Shown: positions 12,201 to 24,706, counted from the first letter of the stretch. The stretch: DNA of 64,000 nucleotides from Macrostomum hystrix (GCA_950097015.1 CATNEN010000034.1:6448001-6512000), one strand, 5' to 3'. Program-made: numbers and translations. The notes: generated by a model not told the origin, from the letters alone.

Positions 12201-14785
12201 CTGCACAATGAGTTCAGTCTGCCGCTCCGGCTTAGAATCCATCAGCATGTCGTAGACCTCCTGGAAGGTCAGACCCTTCAGGGTGTTGCCGTTCCACTCC
12301 AGTACCTCGTCGCCGGGGCGCAGACCGCCGACTCTGTCTGCCACGCTGCCGGGCTTCACCTTGGTGATGAAGGCCCCCAGCCTCCCAGATGGCGTCATCT
12401 TGCCGCCAATGATCTTCAGACCTGCGCATTGCGGGAATAAATGAATGGCTTTGCCAAAATTGAACACTTTCGACTTTCACATCAGGGAAATTCGGAGCTT
12501 TGTGAATAGCTAAATATGAGATCATGACGGATAACGAGAGACTGAGTGACATTGTGAGAGACTGAGTGACATTGTGAGAGACTGACTGAGATTGTGAGAG
12601 ACTGACTGAGATTGTGAGAGACTGACTGAGATTGGGAGAGACTGACTGAGATTGTGAGAGACTGACTGAGATTGTGAGAGACTGACTGAGATTGTGAGAG
12701 ACTGGCTGAGATTGTGAGAGACTGACTGAGATTGTGAGAAACTGGCTGAGATTGTGAGAGACTGACTGCCATTGTGAGAGACTGACTGAGATTGTGAGAG
12801 ACTGACTAAGATTGTGAGAAACTGGCTGAGATTGTGAGAGACTGACTGAGATTGTGAGAGACTGACTGAGATTGTGAGAGACTGAGTGACATTGTGAGAG
12901 ACTGAGTGACATTGTGAGAGACTGACTGAGATTGTGAGAGACTGACTGAGATTGTGAGAGACTGACTGAGATTGTGAGAGACTGGCTGAGATTGTGAGAG
13001 ACTGACTGAGATTGTGAGAGACTGACTGAGATTGTGAGAGTCTGACTGAGATTGTGAGAGACTGACTGAGATTGTGAGAGACTGACTGAGATTGTGAGAG
13101 ACTGACTGAGATTGTGAGATTCTGACTGAGATTGTGAGAGACTGACTGAGATTGTGAGAGTCTGACTGTCATTGTGAGAGTCTGACTGAGATTGTGAGAG
13201 ACTGGCTGAGATTGTGAGAGACTGACTGAGATTGTGAGAGACTGACTGAGATTGTGAGATTCTGACTGAGATTGTGAGAGACTGACTGAGATTGTGAGAG
13301 TCTGACTGTCATTGTGAGAGTCTGACTGAGATTGTGAGAGACTGGCTGAGATTGTGAGAGACTGGCTGAGATTGTGAGAGACTGACTGAGATTGGGAGAG
13401 ACTGACTGAGATTGGGAGAGACTGACTGAGATTGTGAGAGACTGACTGAGATTGTGAGAGACTGACTGAGATTGTGAGAGACTGACTGAGATTGTGAGAG
13501 ACTGACTGAGATTGTGAGAGACTGACTGAGATTGTGAGAGACTGACTGAGATTGTGAGAGACTGACTGAGATTGTGAGAGACTGACTGAGATTGTGAGAG
13601 ACTGACCGATTTTCAGCTGTTTCAGTACCAAGACGGGGTTTTGGTAAAGGGTGGGCCCGCACTCACCAAGGTCGATCATGTTCCCGGCCGGGTCGCAGTC
13701 TCTCTTCAGCAGCATGTGTCCAATGAGGCGGCGCTGATTGTCAGACAGTTGCCAGGTCACCGGGTGCTGCGGCAGTGCAATGAAACAGTTTTTATAAGTT
13801 TTAAATAGAAACGAGAAGATTGTTAGTGTAATTATTTTTGTTTTTCTTAACTTCGTAATTGAAACGGCGCCAATTTGAACTCAATCTTACCTTCGCCGAG
13901 TGGTAGGAGGCGGCCGCGGCGGCCGCGGCGGCGGCGGACATGCCGGCCGCGCCCTGCAGCTTGGCAGCCGAGAGTTCATTGAGAGTATTGGAGCTCGAGC
14001 TCAAACAGGTGTCAATGCCGGAGTCCTTGTGCGTCAGCGGCTCGCTGTTCCAGCTGTCCTCCTCGAAGCTGCGGCCCAGACTGAGGCCGTCGTTGTCAGA
14101 GCCCATGCCGAATCGGACGGACTTCTTCTTGAGCAGCTCTGACGAGCATTGAGGAAAAATATTAGCAACATTTTACGAGCTATTAAAGAAGCTTAAAATC
14201 TGGATCTGAGGCAATAAACTTCAGGATCTGAGATGAGAAACTTCAGGATTTGAGATGAAAACATCAGGATCTGAGATGAAAACTTCAGGGTCTGAGATGA
14301 AAACTTCAGGATCTGAGATCCAAAGCTTCAGGATGTGAGAATAAACACTTCAGCATCTGATATAAAAAATTCAGGATCTGAGATGAAGAACTTCAGCATC
14401 TGAGATGAAAAACTTCAGGATTTGGATGAAAAACTTCAGGATCTGAGATGAAAAACTTCAGCATCTGAGATGAAAAACTTCAGGATCTGGATGAAAAACT
14501 TCAGGATCTGAGATGAAAAACTTCAGCATCTGAGATGAAAAACTTCAGGATCTCCTCTCTCGCACCTCTCTCGCTCAGCGTCTCCATCTCCGGGTCCTCC
14601 CAGCTGGCCTGGTCCGGGCTAAGCGGCCGCAGCATGTCGTCGTCTTCGCTGGAGCTCAGGCTGTGCTGATGCCTCATACCCGAGACTGCCGCAGCACCAG
14701 CCGCTAACCGACCAGCTCTCAACTGCTGCTGCTGCTGCTGCTGTTGCTGCTGTTGCTGGTAATAGTACTGCCTCTGCGGGTGCAG

Positions 14786-14836
<51 letters not shown>

Positions 14837-17800
14837 AGTCGATGGATCAAAGAAGCGACCGCTACCAGCCGAGTATCGGTTTGGACGCCAGGGTTCGGAT
14901 GGCCCTGGAGGATTCGCGACTGCTGCCGTTGCTTCAGCTGCTGCTGATGCACCTGCGCGCTCAAATAGCAGCCTGTCAGCATCATAGTACTGCTGCTGCT
15001 GCTGCTGCTGCTGTTGCTGCTGCTCAGCTAGGGAGTATTGCCTGCATATGGTTGATGGAAAACTTTGTAAAACCAACTTAGAATTAACCTTTCTTGCAGT
15101 GGGATGAGTACAGGCCACAGTGAGTGTGTACATTGTCTGACGATGAAAAAGTCAGGTCAGATGCATGCACCCGAGTGCGAGTGTGCCTGTTGTGCAGTAT
15201 CCATGTCCTTCATGCGCCTTTTAGCTTGCATTTTTATTTTTTAGCTGCGTGCTGAGCTGATCGAACGCGACCTATCGTCTCAGACTCTCTCAGTCTCTCT
15301 CAGTAACTCTCAGTCTCTCTCAGTACCTCTCAGACTCTCACAGTCTCTCTTGGTCTCTCTCAGACTCTCTCAGTCTCTCTCAGTCTCTCTCAGTCTCTCT
15401 CAGACTCTCTCAGTCTCTCTCAGTCTCTCTCAGTCTCTCTCAGACTCTCTCAGTCTCTCTCAGTCTCTCTCAGTATCTCTCAGTCTCTCTCAGTCTCTCT
15501 CAGACTCTCTCAGACTCTCTCAGTCTCTCTCAGTCTCTGTCAGTCTCTCTCAGTCTCTCTCAGACTCTCTCAGTCTCTCCCAGACTCTCTCAGTCTCTCT
15601 CAGACTCTCTCCCAGACTCTCTCAGTCTCTCTCAGTCTCTCTCAGACTCTCTCAGACTCTCTCAGTCTCTCTCAGTCTCTCTCAGTCTCTCTCAGTCTCT
15701 CTCAGACTCTCTCAGACTCTCTCAGTCTCTCTCAGTCTCTCTCAGTCTCTCTCAGTCTCTCTCAGACTCTCTCAGTCTCTCCCAGACTCTCTCAGTCTCT
15801 CTCAGTCTCTCTCAGTCTCTCTCAGACTCTCTCAGTCTCTCCCAGACTCTCTCAGTCTCTCTCAGTCTCTCTCAGTCTCTCTCAGTCTCTCTGCGTATCT
15901 CTCAGACTCTCTCAGTATCTCTCAGTCTCTCTCAGTCTCTCTCAGTCTCTCTCAGTCTCTCTCAGTCTCTCTCAGTCTCTCTCAGACTCTCTCAGACTCT
16001 CTCAGTCTCTCTCAGTCTCTCTCAGTCTCTCTCAGACTCTCTCAGACTCTCTCAGTCTCTCTCAGTCTCTGTCAGTCTCTCTCAGTCTCTCTCAGACTCT
16101 CTCAGTCTCTCCCAGACTCTCTCAGTCTCTCTCAGACTCTCTCCCAGACTCTCTCAGTCTCTCTCAGTCTCTCTCAGACTCTCTCAGACTCTCTCAGTCT
16201 CTCTCAGTCTCTCTCAGTCTCTCTCAGTCTCTCTCAGACTCTCTCAGTCTCTCCCAGACTCTCTCAGTCTCTCTCAGACTCTCTCAGTATATTTCAGTAT
16301 CTCTTAGTCTTTCATAATCTCTCACTGTCTCATTACCTCTCCTAATACTCGTATTGTTCAAAACTCACCTTCGCAGCTCTCTTGGACTGCCCCTCGACCC
16401 ACTCGCATCTCTGGCCATCTCCGCTATAGGCCGAGTGCGGTTTGTTTGTGACTGGCGCTGCTTATGCTGGTGCTGCTGCTGGTGCTGGTGGTGCTGCTGC
16501 TGCTGCTGCAACCCCAGATCATCCGAATGGTGCTGCGGAGGTGCCCGATGAACTAGTGCAGTGGTTGATGCCATGTCGGCGCCCACTTGCACAGCGGCGG
16601 CTGTGTTTGCCGACTCCCTGGACGGGGAGTCCTGCTGCTGGCAGTTGATGCAGATCCAGGCGCTCTGATGTAGGTGTATTAATTATTGATTATTACTGTG
16701 TACTATTCTTAAGGGTTCTATCGATGTTACCACAGGTAATAAAATATATTATATGTTTGTCAGCAACTATGAAATGCCTACGACATTGAAATGGGACTGA
16801 AAATAAAATGTGTAATGGTGTGGTAACAGTGCGTCACTAAAAGACTGACTCTCATTGTGAGAGACTGCCTGTCATTGTGAGAGACTGACTGACATTGTGA
16901 GAGACTGCCTGTCATTGTGAGAGACTGCGTGTCAATGTGAGTGATTGCCTGTCATTGTGACTGAGATTAGGAGAGACTGAGATAAGGATAGACTGAGATT
17001 AGGAGAGACTGAGATAAGGATAGACCGAGATTATGAGAGAATGAGATAAGGATAGACTGAGATTAGGAGAGACTGAGATAAGGATAGAATGAGATTAGGA
17101 GAGACTGAGATAAGGATAGACCGAGATTATGAGAGAATGAGATAAGGATAGACTGGGATTATGAGAGAATGAGATAAGGATAGACTTGGATTATGAGAGA
17201 ATGAGATAAGGATAGACTGAGATTAGGAGAGACTGAGATAAGTATAAACTGAGATTAGGAGAGACTGAGATAAGGATAGACCGAGATTATGAGAGACCGA
17301 GATAAGGATAGACTGAGATTAGGAGAGACTGAGATAAGGATAGAATGAGATTAGGAGAGACTGAGATATGGATAGACTGGGATTATGAGAGAATGAGATA
17401 AGGATAGACTGGGATTATGAGAGAATGAGATAAGGATAGACTGAGATTAGGAGAGACTGAGATTAGTAGAGATTGAGATTAGGAGAGAAATATTAGGCGA
17501 GAATAGAACATGTTGAGGTATATGATGACTGCAAGAAAAAATAGAAATTTGAGAATAGAAGAGGTGCGAGATTGAGAACCGGAAAATGGACCAATAAATT
17601 GAGAATTGAGAGTCCGGTTAAAGTACCGGGTTAGTAAAAGCAGCGACTTTGGCTGACGAACTGAATCCACTAAAGGAAGTGTATCTAAAAATAGACAAGA
17701 AGCTACAAAGCACAGCTAAGCAGGCGTGAGAATGATTTAGGAATGGGGAAATTTTGGTGCGTGTGTATTTGCTGCTACAACGACCTACTTGTGGGTCCAC

Positions 17801-20800
17801 TAAAAGCTGTTTTACTTCCTGTCTGACTATTTTCCTGTCTGAAAATAAGTTAACGTTCAGGTGAGATTTTCAATGAGGTTGAGAGAGAATTTGTTGGAGA
17901 CTTAAGGAGAGATAAGCTGTGTGGATATGCGCTCATGATTTAGCAGTGGTCGTTAAAGGATTTCAGAGAGATTATCAGAAAATCTCTGCTAGATTATCAG
18001 ACCATCCTTTAGAAAGTAGCAGGCGATCTTTGAGAGATTATCCGACGATCTTTGAGAGATTATCAGACGATTTTTGAGAGATTATCAGACGATCTTTGAG
18101 AGATTATCATACGATTTTTGAGAGATTATCAGACGATCTTTGAGAGATTATCAGACGAGTTTTTTGAGAGATTATCAGATGATCTTTGAGAGATTATCAG
18201 ACGATTTTTGAGAGATTATCAGACGATTTTTGAGAGATTATCCGACGATATTTGAGAGATTATCAGACGATCTTTGAGAGATTATCAGACGATTTTTTTG
18301 AGAGATTATCAGACGATTTTTGAGAGATTATCAGACGATTTTTGAGAGATTATCAGACGATCTTTGAGAGATTATCCGACGATCTTTGAGAGATTATCAG
18401 ACGATTTTTGAGAGATTATCAGACGATCTTTGAGAGATTATCCGACGATCTTTGAGAGATTATCAGACGATCTTTGAGAGATTATCAGACGATCTTTGAG
18501 AGATTATCAGACGATTTTTGAGAGATTATCAGACGATCTTTGAGAGATTATCAGACGATCTTTGAGAGATTATCAGACGATCTTTGAGACGATCTTTGAG
18601 AGATTATCAGACGATCTTTGAGAGATTATCAGACGGTCTTTGAGAGATTATCCGACGATTTTTTAGAGATTTTCATACGATCTTTGAGAGATTATCAGAC
18701 GATTTTTGGGAGATTATCCGACGATTTTTTAGAGATTATCAGACGATCTTTGAGAGATTATCAGACAATTTTTGAGAGATTATCTCTAATTCCAGTTTAC
18801 AGTTTTCCAATTCTAATTTTCTAATTTTCAAGCGTGTCAATTTTTCGCCGATATCAAAAGTGTCAGAGTGCAGTCAGAGTGCTAGGCAAGGTAGGAACTC
18901 AAATATTCTGTTTGGGGGAAAAATTATAATTAGTGAATCTATGAGATGTTATATCCTTATCGATTGTCAACACAATTTTTAGAAAGAAATGGCAACTAAA
19001 CAAAAGCAGTTCATAATTATAAACAAAGTTCTGATACATCATGGGAAGTGATTTAGTGCGAGAAACTTATGTCAGAAAGTCAGAAAATATCGGTGACTTC
19101 TAACAATGCTTCATTTGTGAATTTCGCTTGCAAAAAAAACTAAATTCGTTTTGACTTCTCACCCTATGGTTCGACGATTCAACGAGACCCTGACAACGTG
19201 GGCGCATTGGGACATTTCATTAAACAAAAGTGCATCTGAAATAACATCTTGACTGTCAGACAACTGGTTTCACAGTCACACAAGCACTACCTGGGTCACT
19301 CCAGCACTACCTGGGTCACTCCAGCACTACTTGGATCACTCCAGCAGCTGGGTCACTCCAGCACTACCTGGGTCACTCCAGCACTACCTGAGTCACTCCT
19401 GAGTCTCACCTGAGTCACTCCTGAGTCTCACCTGAGTCACTCCTGAGTCTCACCTGAGTCACTCCTGAGTCTCACCTGAGTCACTCCTGAGTCTCACCTG
19501 AGTCACTCCTGAGTCTCACCTGAGTCACTCCTGAGTCTCACCTGAGTCACTCCTGAGTCTCACCTGAGTCACTCCTGAGTCTCACCTGAGTCACTCCAGC
19601 ACTACCTGAGTCACTCCAGCACTACCTGAGTCACTCCAGCACTACCTGAGTCACTCCAGCACTACCTGAGTCACTCCAGCACTACCTGAGTCACTCCAGC
19701 ACTACCTGAGTCACTCCAGCACTACCTGAGTCACTCCAGCACTACCTGAGTCACTCCAGCACTACCTGAGTCACTCCAGCACTACCTGAGTCACTCCAGC
19801 ACTACCTGAGTCACTCTTGAGTCTCACCTGAGTCACTCCAGCACTACCTGAGTCACTCTTGAGTCTCACCTGAGTCGGTTTCAGGCTGACCCTGCTGCCG
19901 CACCTGGAGCACGTCTTCAATCGGCACTTGTGACAGACGTGGCCTATGCCGCCGCCACTGCCGCTGGAACCTCCGTCGCTTGATGTCGAATGTCTCCCGG
20001 ATGATCGGCGACAGATCTGGCAGGCGGTCGATTCAGCCGATGATGCCGCACCAGATGCCGCCAATGCGCTTGAAGTCGCAGCTGCATCTGAGGTCCTTCG
20101 GTCTGGATCCTCCAGCTGCTGCTGCTGCTGCCGGCCGAGCTCATCCTGGATGCCCCTGAATGCGGTTTCGGCTTGGTCTGAGACTTGCTTGGCCTGATTG
20201 GACACCCAGTCCAGCACTTTGCCAAAGCCAAAGTTCATTCTAGGTCTTGTGCTCTGCTAAAGCTGGCATGCTTGACTAGCAGAGCACCGGGTGACTGCGC
20301 TGCTAATTTTGTTTTAAACCTATCTCTGAGCACACATATATAAAATGCGTGAGAAATGTAGTTATATAGATGGGATCAGCTATAGTTGCTCAGCTAGAGC
20401 TGCCCTTCTGCTCATTGGCGATGATAGCGGCTTGGCAACTGAGCAGGGTTGGGGTGGCTGCCGGCCGGGTAGGAATTTGGGGAAGGGAAGGAGAGGGGAC
20501 GCAGACCAGAGAGTACGGAATCGTTCAACGGCAGAAAAACGAGGAGGAGGAAAGGAGAGAGAAGGAATGGTGGGGATAGAAGTATGTGTGTGTGTACTCA
20601 GATGTACTCAAAGTTTCTCCTCAAGCGGGGGTCCATCCCAATCTTTACTAACTCAGCTTATTGATCCCCGGCCATCCTGGGGGAGAGAGAGAGAAGGAGA
20701 GAGATAGGGGAGACTGAGCTACGGATGCGAAAGGAAGAGGAAGAGAAGGTTTTGGGAAGAGTCGAGCAGATTGACGCGCCATAAAATTGTGCACTTTTAG

Positions 20801-22345
20801 CCATCGGACTGATAGGACTATATATGGCTACCTGCTGCTGTGCGTATGTGTGCGTGCGTGTGTTCCCGAGTGACGTCAGGACTGGATGGGCCATAGACAG
20901 CAAGGAAATACGAGTATATTAACATTTTTTTAACTGGTGCTGTTTATTTCGATTTGTAAATTGTAGGTATTTAATCTCGCACTTTGTTTAATGTTAAGCC
21001 TCATTTTTCCTTACGAAACTAAAAAATAGTGACTGTCTCACATTTTTCACGCTCTACTATTAGTAGTTTCTTGAATTTTAGGGAGAATTTGAATTTGCGG
21101 GGGGTGAATTTGGCCAGTCGGGAATAATCTGGGGCCAACCAGTTTGGATGGATCAGGGCCACTAGCCGGCTGCAAACAAAACAGTGTAAACAGTCGCCCT
21201 AGGGTATCTGCCTCATTGTTTGGCAGCTTAGTTACCGGGCGTCAGGCCCATAATGGGTCAGAGTGGGATGATAATTTGACCGGATGCCTTCACCGCCTTG
21301 ATGATTAGGCCCGCGCCGCTCTGTTCTGTTACATGCGAGGACATGAGATGGGAGAGAGGAGGAGGGAGAGAGAGGAGACGGGAGGAGGAGAGAGGAGGTG
21401 GGAGAGAGAGGAGATGGGAGAGAGAGAAGATGGGAGAGAGAGGAGATGGGAGGAGAGAGGAGATGGGAGAGAGAGGAGATGGGAGAGAGAGGAGATGGGA
21501 GAGAGGAGATGGGAGAGAGAGGAGATGGGAGAGAGGAGATGAGAGAGAGGAGATGAGTGAGAGGAGATGGGAGAGAGGAGATGGGAGAGAGAGGAGATGA
21601 GAGAGAGGAGATGGGAGAGAGGAGATGGGAGAGAGAGGAGATGGGAGAGAGGAGATGAGAGAGAGGAGATGGGAGAGAGAGGAGATGTGAGAGAGAGGAG
21701 ATGGGAGAGAGAGGAGATGGGAGAGAGAGGAAATGTGAGAGAGAGGAGATGGGAGAGAGAGGAGATGGGAGAGAGAGGAGATGGGAGAGAGAGGAAATGT
21801 GAGAGAGAGGAGATGGGAGAGAGAGGAGATGGGAGAGAGAGGAGATGGGAGAGAGGAGATAGGAGAGAGAGGAGATGGGAGAGAGAGGAGATGGGAGAGA
21901 GAGGAGACGGGAGAGAGATGGGAGAGAGAGGAGATGGGAGAGGAGATAGGAGAGAGAGGAGATGGGAGAGAGAGGAGATGGGAGAGAGAGGAGATGGGAG
22001 AGAGAGGAGATGGGAGAGAGAGGAGATGGGAGAGAGAGGAGATGGGAGAGAGGAGATGGGATGGCAAAGTAGCAGAGAGGAAGACAGGAGATGGAAGAGT
22101 TAGAGAGGCCAAGGGATGATTGGGATGAGAGACAGAGAATAATAGTGGATTGAGGGATTTATTTAAGATGGAGAAATAAAATGAATTAATAAATAATGCT
22201 CGCGGCCGTCAACTCACCCAGCTCTGTTAGACGGTTTCTCCTTCAGTGTTCGAATGAGCTCCCTCTGCAGTTCCGTGGTCTCAGGCTTGGCTGCGGCGTT
22301 GCCAGATGTCGCAGTGCCTTGGAGTGACTTGGCCAATAGACTCAT
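3261..22345 (-). CDS. RIMS: RIM / UNC-10 presynaptic active-zone protein (zinc finger, PDZ, C2A, PxxP, C2B), about 1345 aa after correcting two +1 frameshifts
   Basis: Exons (minus): 22345-22218, 20239-19870, 16664-16369, 15041-14566, 14138-13891, 13766-13667, 12421-12190, 10960-10926, 10810-10507, 9608-9449, 8516-8427, 8334-8298, 7623-7063, 5528-5295, 4237-4068, 3970-3606, 3494-3261. All GT-AG and phase-consistent except one extra base each at about 4109 and 3740. Motifs: [110 protein letters not shown]. The first exon (22345-22218) is less certain. Confidence 0.93.
4836..5257. repeat. (CACT)n plus about 32 x 12-bp CACTCACCCTGT intronic minisatellite
   Basis: Directly visible. Explains ORF 4872..5255 (SDRV)n. 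On the RIM sense strand it reads ACAGG|GTGAGTG. Confidence 0.95.
6420..6981. repeat. Fold-back element: about 120-bp direct repeats plus a hairpin with about 70-bp arms
   Basis: Unit CCGAGATAGCAGATCCAATGCTGTTAATAT... at 6651 and 6771, degenerate at about 6419. 6850-6924 is the reverse complement of 6778-6846 around a 3-nt loop. Confidence 0.8.
7730..8090. repeat. 32-bp intronic minisatellite TAGAAAGATAGTTCTTTGGAATCCCTATTTCT, about 10 copies
   Basis: Directly visible tandem array in RIM intron 8297-7624. Confidence 0.9.
8600..9420. repeat. Complex TGTC/CCTGGG minisatellite
   Basis: Fills RIM intron 9448-8517 and generates the overlapping Cys/Val ORFs in 8597-9595. Confidence 0.95.
9745..10465. 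repeat. 21-bp minisatellite CATTGATAAACACAAACTGAT, about 34 copies
   Basis: Directly visible. Explains ORFs 9661, 9665 and 9755. Confidence 0.95.
11000..12170. repeat. 12-bp GACAC(A/T)GAATCT array interleaved with 8-bp GAGAATCT units
   Basis: Fills RIM intron 12189-10961. Explains ORFs 10978, 11135 and 11157. Confidence 0.95.
12530..13605. repeat. 20-bp minisatellite GAGAGACTGACTGAGATTGT, about 53 copies
   Basis: Fills RIM intron 13666-12422, which interrupts the PDZ domain. Confidence 0.95.
14200..14552. repeat. 21-22-bp minisatellite GATCTGAGATGAAAAACTTCAG, about 16 copies
   Basis: Fills RIM intron 14565-14139, starting about 13 nt after the donor. Confidence 0.9.
15115..15200 (+). mobile_element. 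SINE family A internal fragment
   Basis: GTGTACATTGTCTGACGATGAAAAAGTCAGGTCAGATG matches the central hairpin of the copies at 679 and 63313. Confidence 0.65.
15280..16290. repeat. 10-bp (CTCTCTCAGW)n array, about 100 copies
   Basis: RIM intron 16368-15042. Explains ORF 15350..16345 (SLSQ)n. Confidence 0.95.
16850..17480. repeat. Compound array: 20-bp TGTGAGAGACTGCCTGTCAT, then 32-bp GACTGAGATTAGGAGAGACTGAGATAAGGATA
   Basis: Directly visible in RIM intron 19869-16665. Confidence 0.9.
17985..18790. repeat. 22-bp minisatellite GAGAGATTATCAGACGATCTTT, about 36 copies
   Basis: Directly visible. Confidence 0.95.
19285..19870 (-). repeat. Tandem array of 20-bp and 22-bp units, each copying the RIM exon end plus a 5' splice site
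   Basis: Sense-strand units GACTCAG|GTAGTGCTGGAGT (20 bp) and GACTCAG|GTGAGACTCAGGAGT (22 bp). The true exon ends CCGACTCAG|GTGAGA at 19870. Confidence 0.9.
21340..22070. repeat. Purine-rich (GAGAGAGGAGATGG)n array
   Basis: Directly visible. Explains the WER/EMG and SLP/LS repeat ORFs. Confidence 0.95.
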
Positions 22346-22412
22346 GGCTCACGGCCCCGAATCAGCCTGTTACATTCCAATTGCAACTCTTCTCAACAAC
22401 ACTCAGCAACTC

Positions 22413-23340
22413 TCTGAGTTCTCAGGAAGTCTTCTGGGGATCTCTGAGTTCTCAGGAAGTCTTTCACGATCTCTGAGTTCTCAGGAAGTCTTCTGGGGAT
22501 CTCTGAGTTCTAAGGGACTATTCTGGGATCTCTGAGTTCTAAGGGACTATTCTGGGATCTCTGAGTTCTAAGGGACTCTTCTGGGATCTCTGAGTTCTAA
22601 GGGACCCTTCTGGGATCTCTGAGTTCTAAGGGACTATTCTGGGATCTCTGAGTTCTAAGGGACTATTCTGGGATCTCTGAGTTCTAAGGGACTCTTCTGG
22701 GATCTCTGAGTTCTAAGGGACCCTTCTGGGATCTCTGAGTTCTAAGGGACTATTCTGGGATCTCTGAGTTCTAAGGGACTATTCTGGGATCTCTGAGTTC
22801 TAAGGGACTCTTCTGGGATCTCTGAGTTCTAAGGGACCCTTCTGGGATCTCTGAGTTCTAAGGGACTATTCTGGGATCTCTGAGTTCTAAGGGACTATTC
22901 TGGGATCTCTGAGTTCTAAGGGACTATTCTGGGATCTCTGAGTTCTAAGGGACTATTCTGGGATCTCTGAGTTCTAAGAAAGAAGAAGTTCTCTGAGTTC
23001 TAAGGGACTCTTCTGGGATCTCTGAGTTCTAAGGGACTATTCTGGGATCTCTGAGTTCTAAGGGACTCTTCTGGGATCTCTGAGTTCTAAGGGACTATTC
23101 TGGGATCTCTGAGTTCTAAGGGACTCTTCTGGGATCTCTGAGTTCTAAGGGACTCTTCTGGGATCTCTGAGTTCTAAGGGACTATTCTGGGATCTCTGAG
23201 TTCTAAGGGACTCTTCTGGGATCTCTGAGTTCTAATGGACTATTCTGGGATCTCTGAGTTCTAAGGGACTATTCTGGGATCTCTGAGTTCTAAGGGACTC
23301 TTCTGGGATCTCTGAGTTCTAAGGGACTCTTCTGAGATCT
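22413..23340. repeat. 29-bp minisatellite CTGGGATCTCTGAGTTCTAAGGGACTATT, about 31 copies
   Basis: Directly visible, about 70 bp upstream of the proposed RIM ATG. Confidence 0.95.
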
Positions 23341-24185
23341 CAGAGTTGTCTGACTGACAATTGTGCAATAAATGGTTCAGTGCGAGACGCCACGTAGAAG
23401 ACAGACAGACCTACTCACAGATCGTGAAAATCTGGGCGCAGTGTAAGCGATCGCGCCACAATTTAACAGAGTCGGTTGAGCAGAGTCGGTACCGGGGGTT
23501 CTATTAAAACTGCGCGATCAACAAATCAGCAACAGCACTAAGAATTAGCTGCTTATTTGGCGACACACAAAGGCGACCCCCAAAACTACTTGTTTTCTTC
23601 CTGTCTGCTCCGAACAGATCTCCGCTGAGTTCATATGCTCAGTTCGTGCACATAGCAGACTCAACTTTGAGCAAGTGGAAATGAGGAAGAGAAAAATGGC
23701 TTCAAGGGTTTACAGGGACCTCGGCAGTGAGCAGAATTTGTCGCATTTTTCTGTCCCGAAATTTCCGTGCACCCGCAACCTCCCCCGAGTAGAAATCACA
23801 TTCTTTGGCGCAGTAGAAAAATAGCATGGAAATATTTTGTAGGAAATAAAGTTTTCGTTTTCTTGCATGCTTTTAGTGCTCACCCTAAATTGCTGCTTCT
23901 CAGGCGATGCCAGAAGTTCGAGTCGCAATTCATTAAACTCAATGCAGGCTTGAGCTGAGCACAGGTAAGGCTGGGAGAAAACTAGATACAGACCTGACAG
24001 GCCTCATCCAGCCTCTGTGCCCCATTAAATCCTGCTCGATCTTCGACTCACCCTTCCCTTATCTTTTCTACCTTAAAAGGCTGTCTTTTTAGCTAGGCAA
24101 GAGTAGCCTGCAGCTTCATCACCTGCTCACATCTGCCCGTGTGTGACGTCAGCTCTCGCAGTTGCTTCATCCCCGATGACGCAGA

Positions 24186-24706
<521 letters not shown>

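Noticed and set aside
19170-19235. Extra RIM exon at about 19235-19172
   Set aside because: It has plausible AG/GT ends but an in-frame stop in the required phase. The zinc finger is completed without it by exon 16664.
20658-20903. ORF 20658..20903 as the RIM first coding exon
   Set aside because: Its donor is phase 0, whereas the acceptor at 20239 needs phase 2. Exon 22345-22218 fits the phase.
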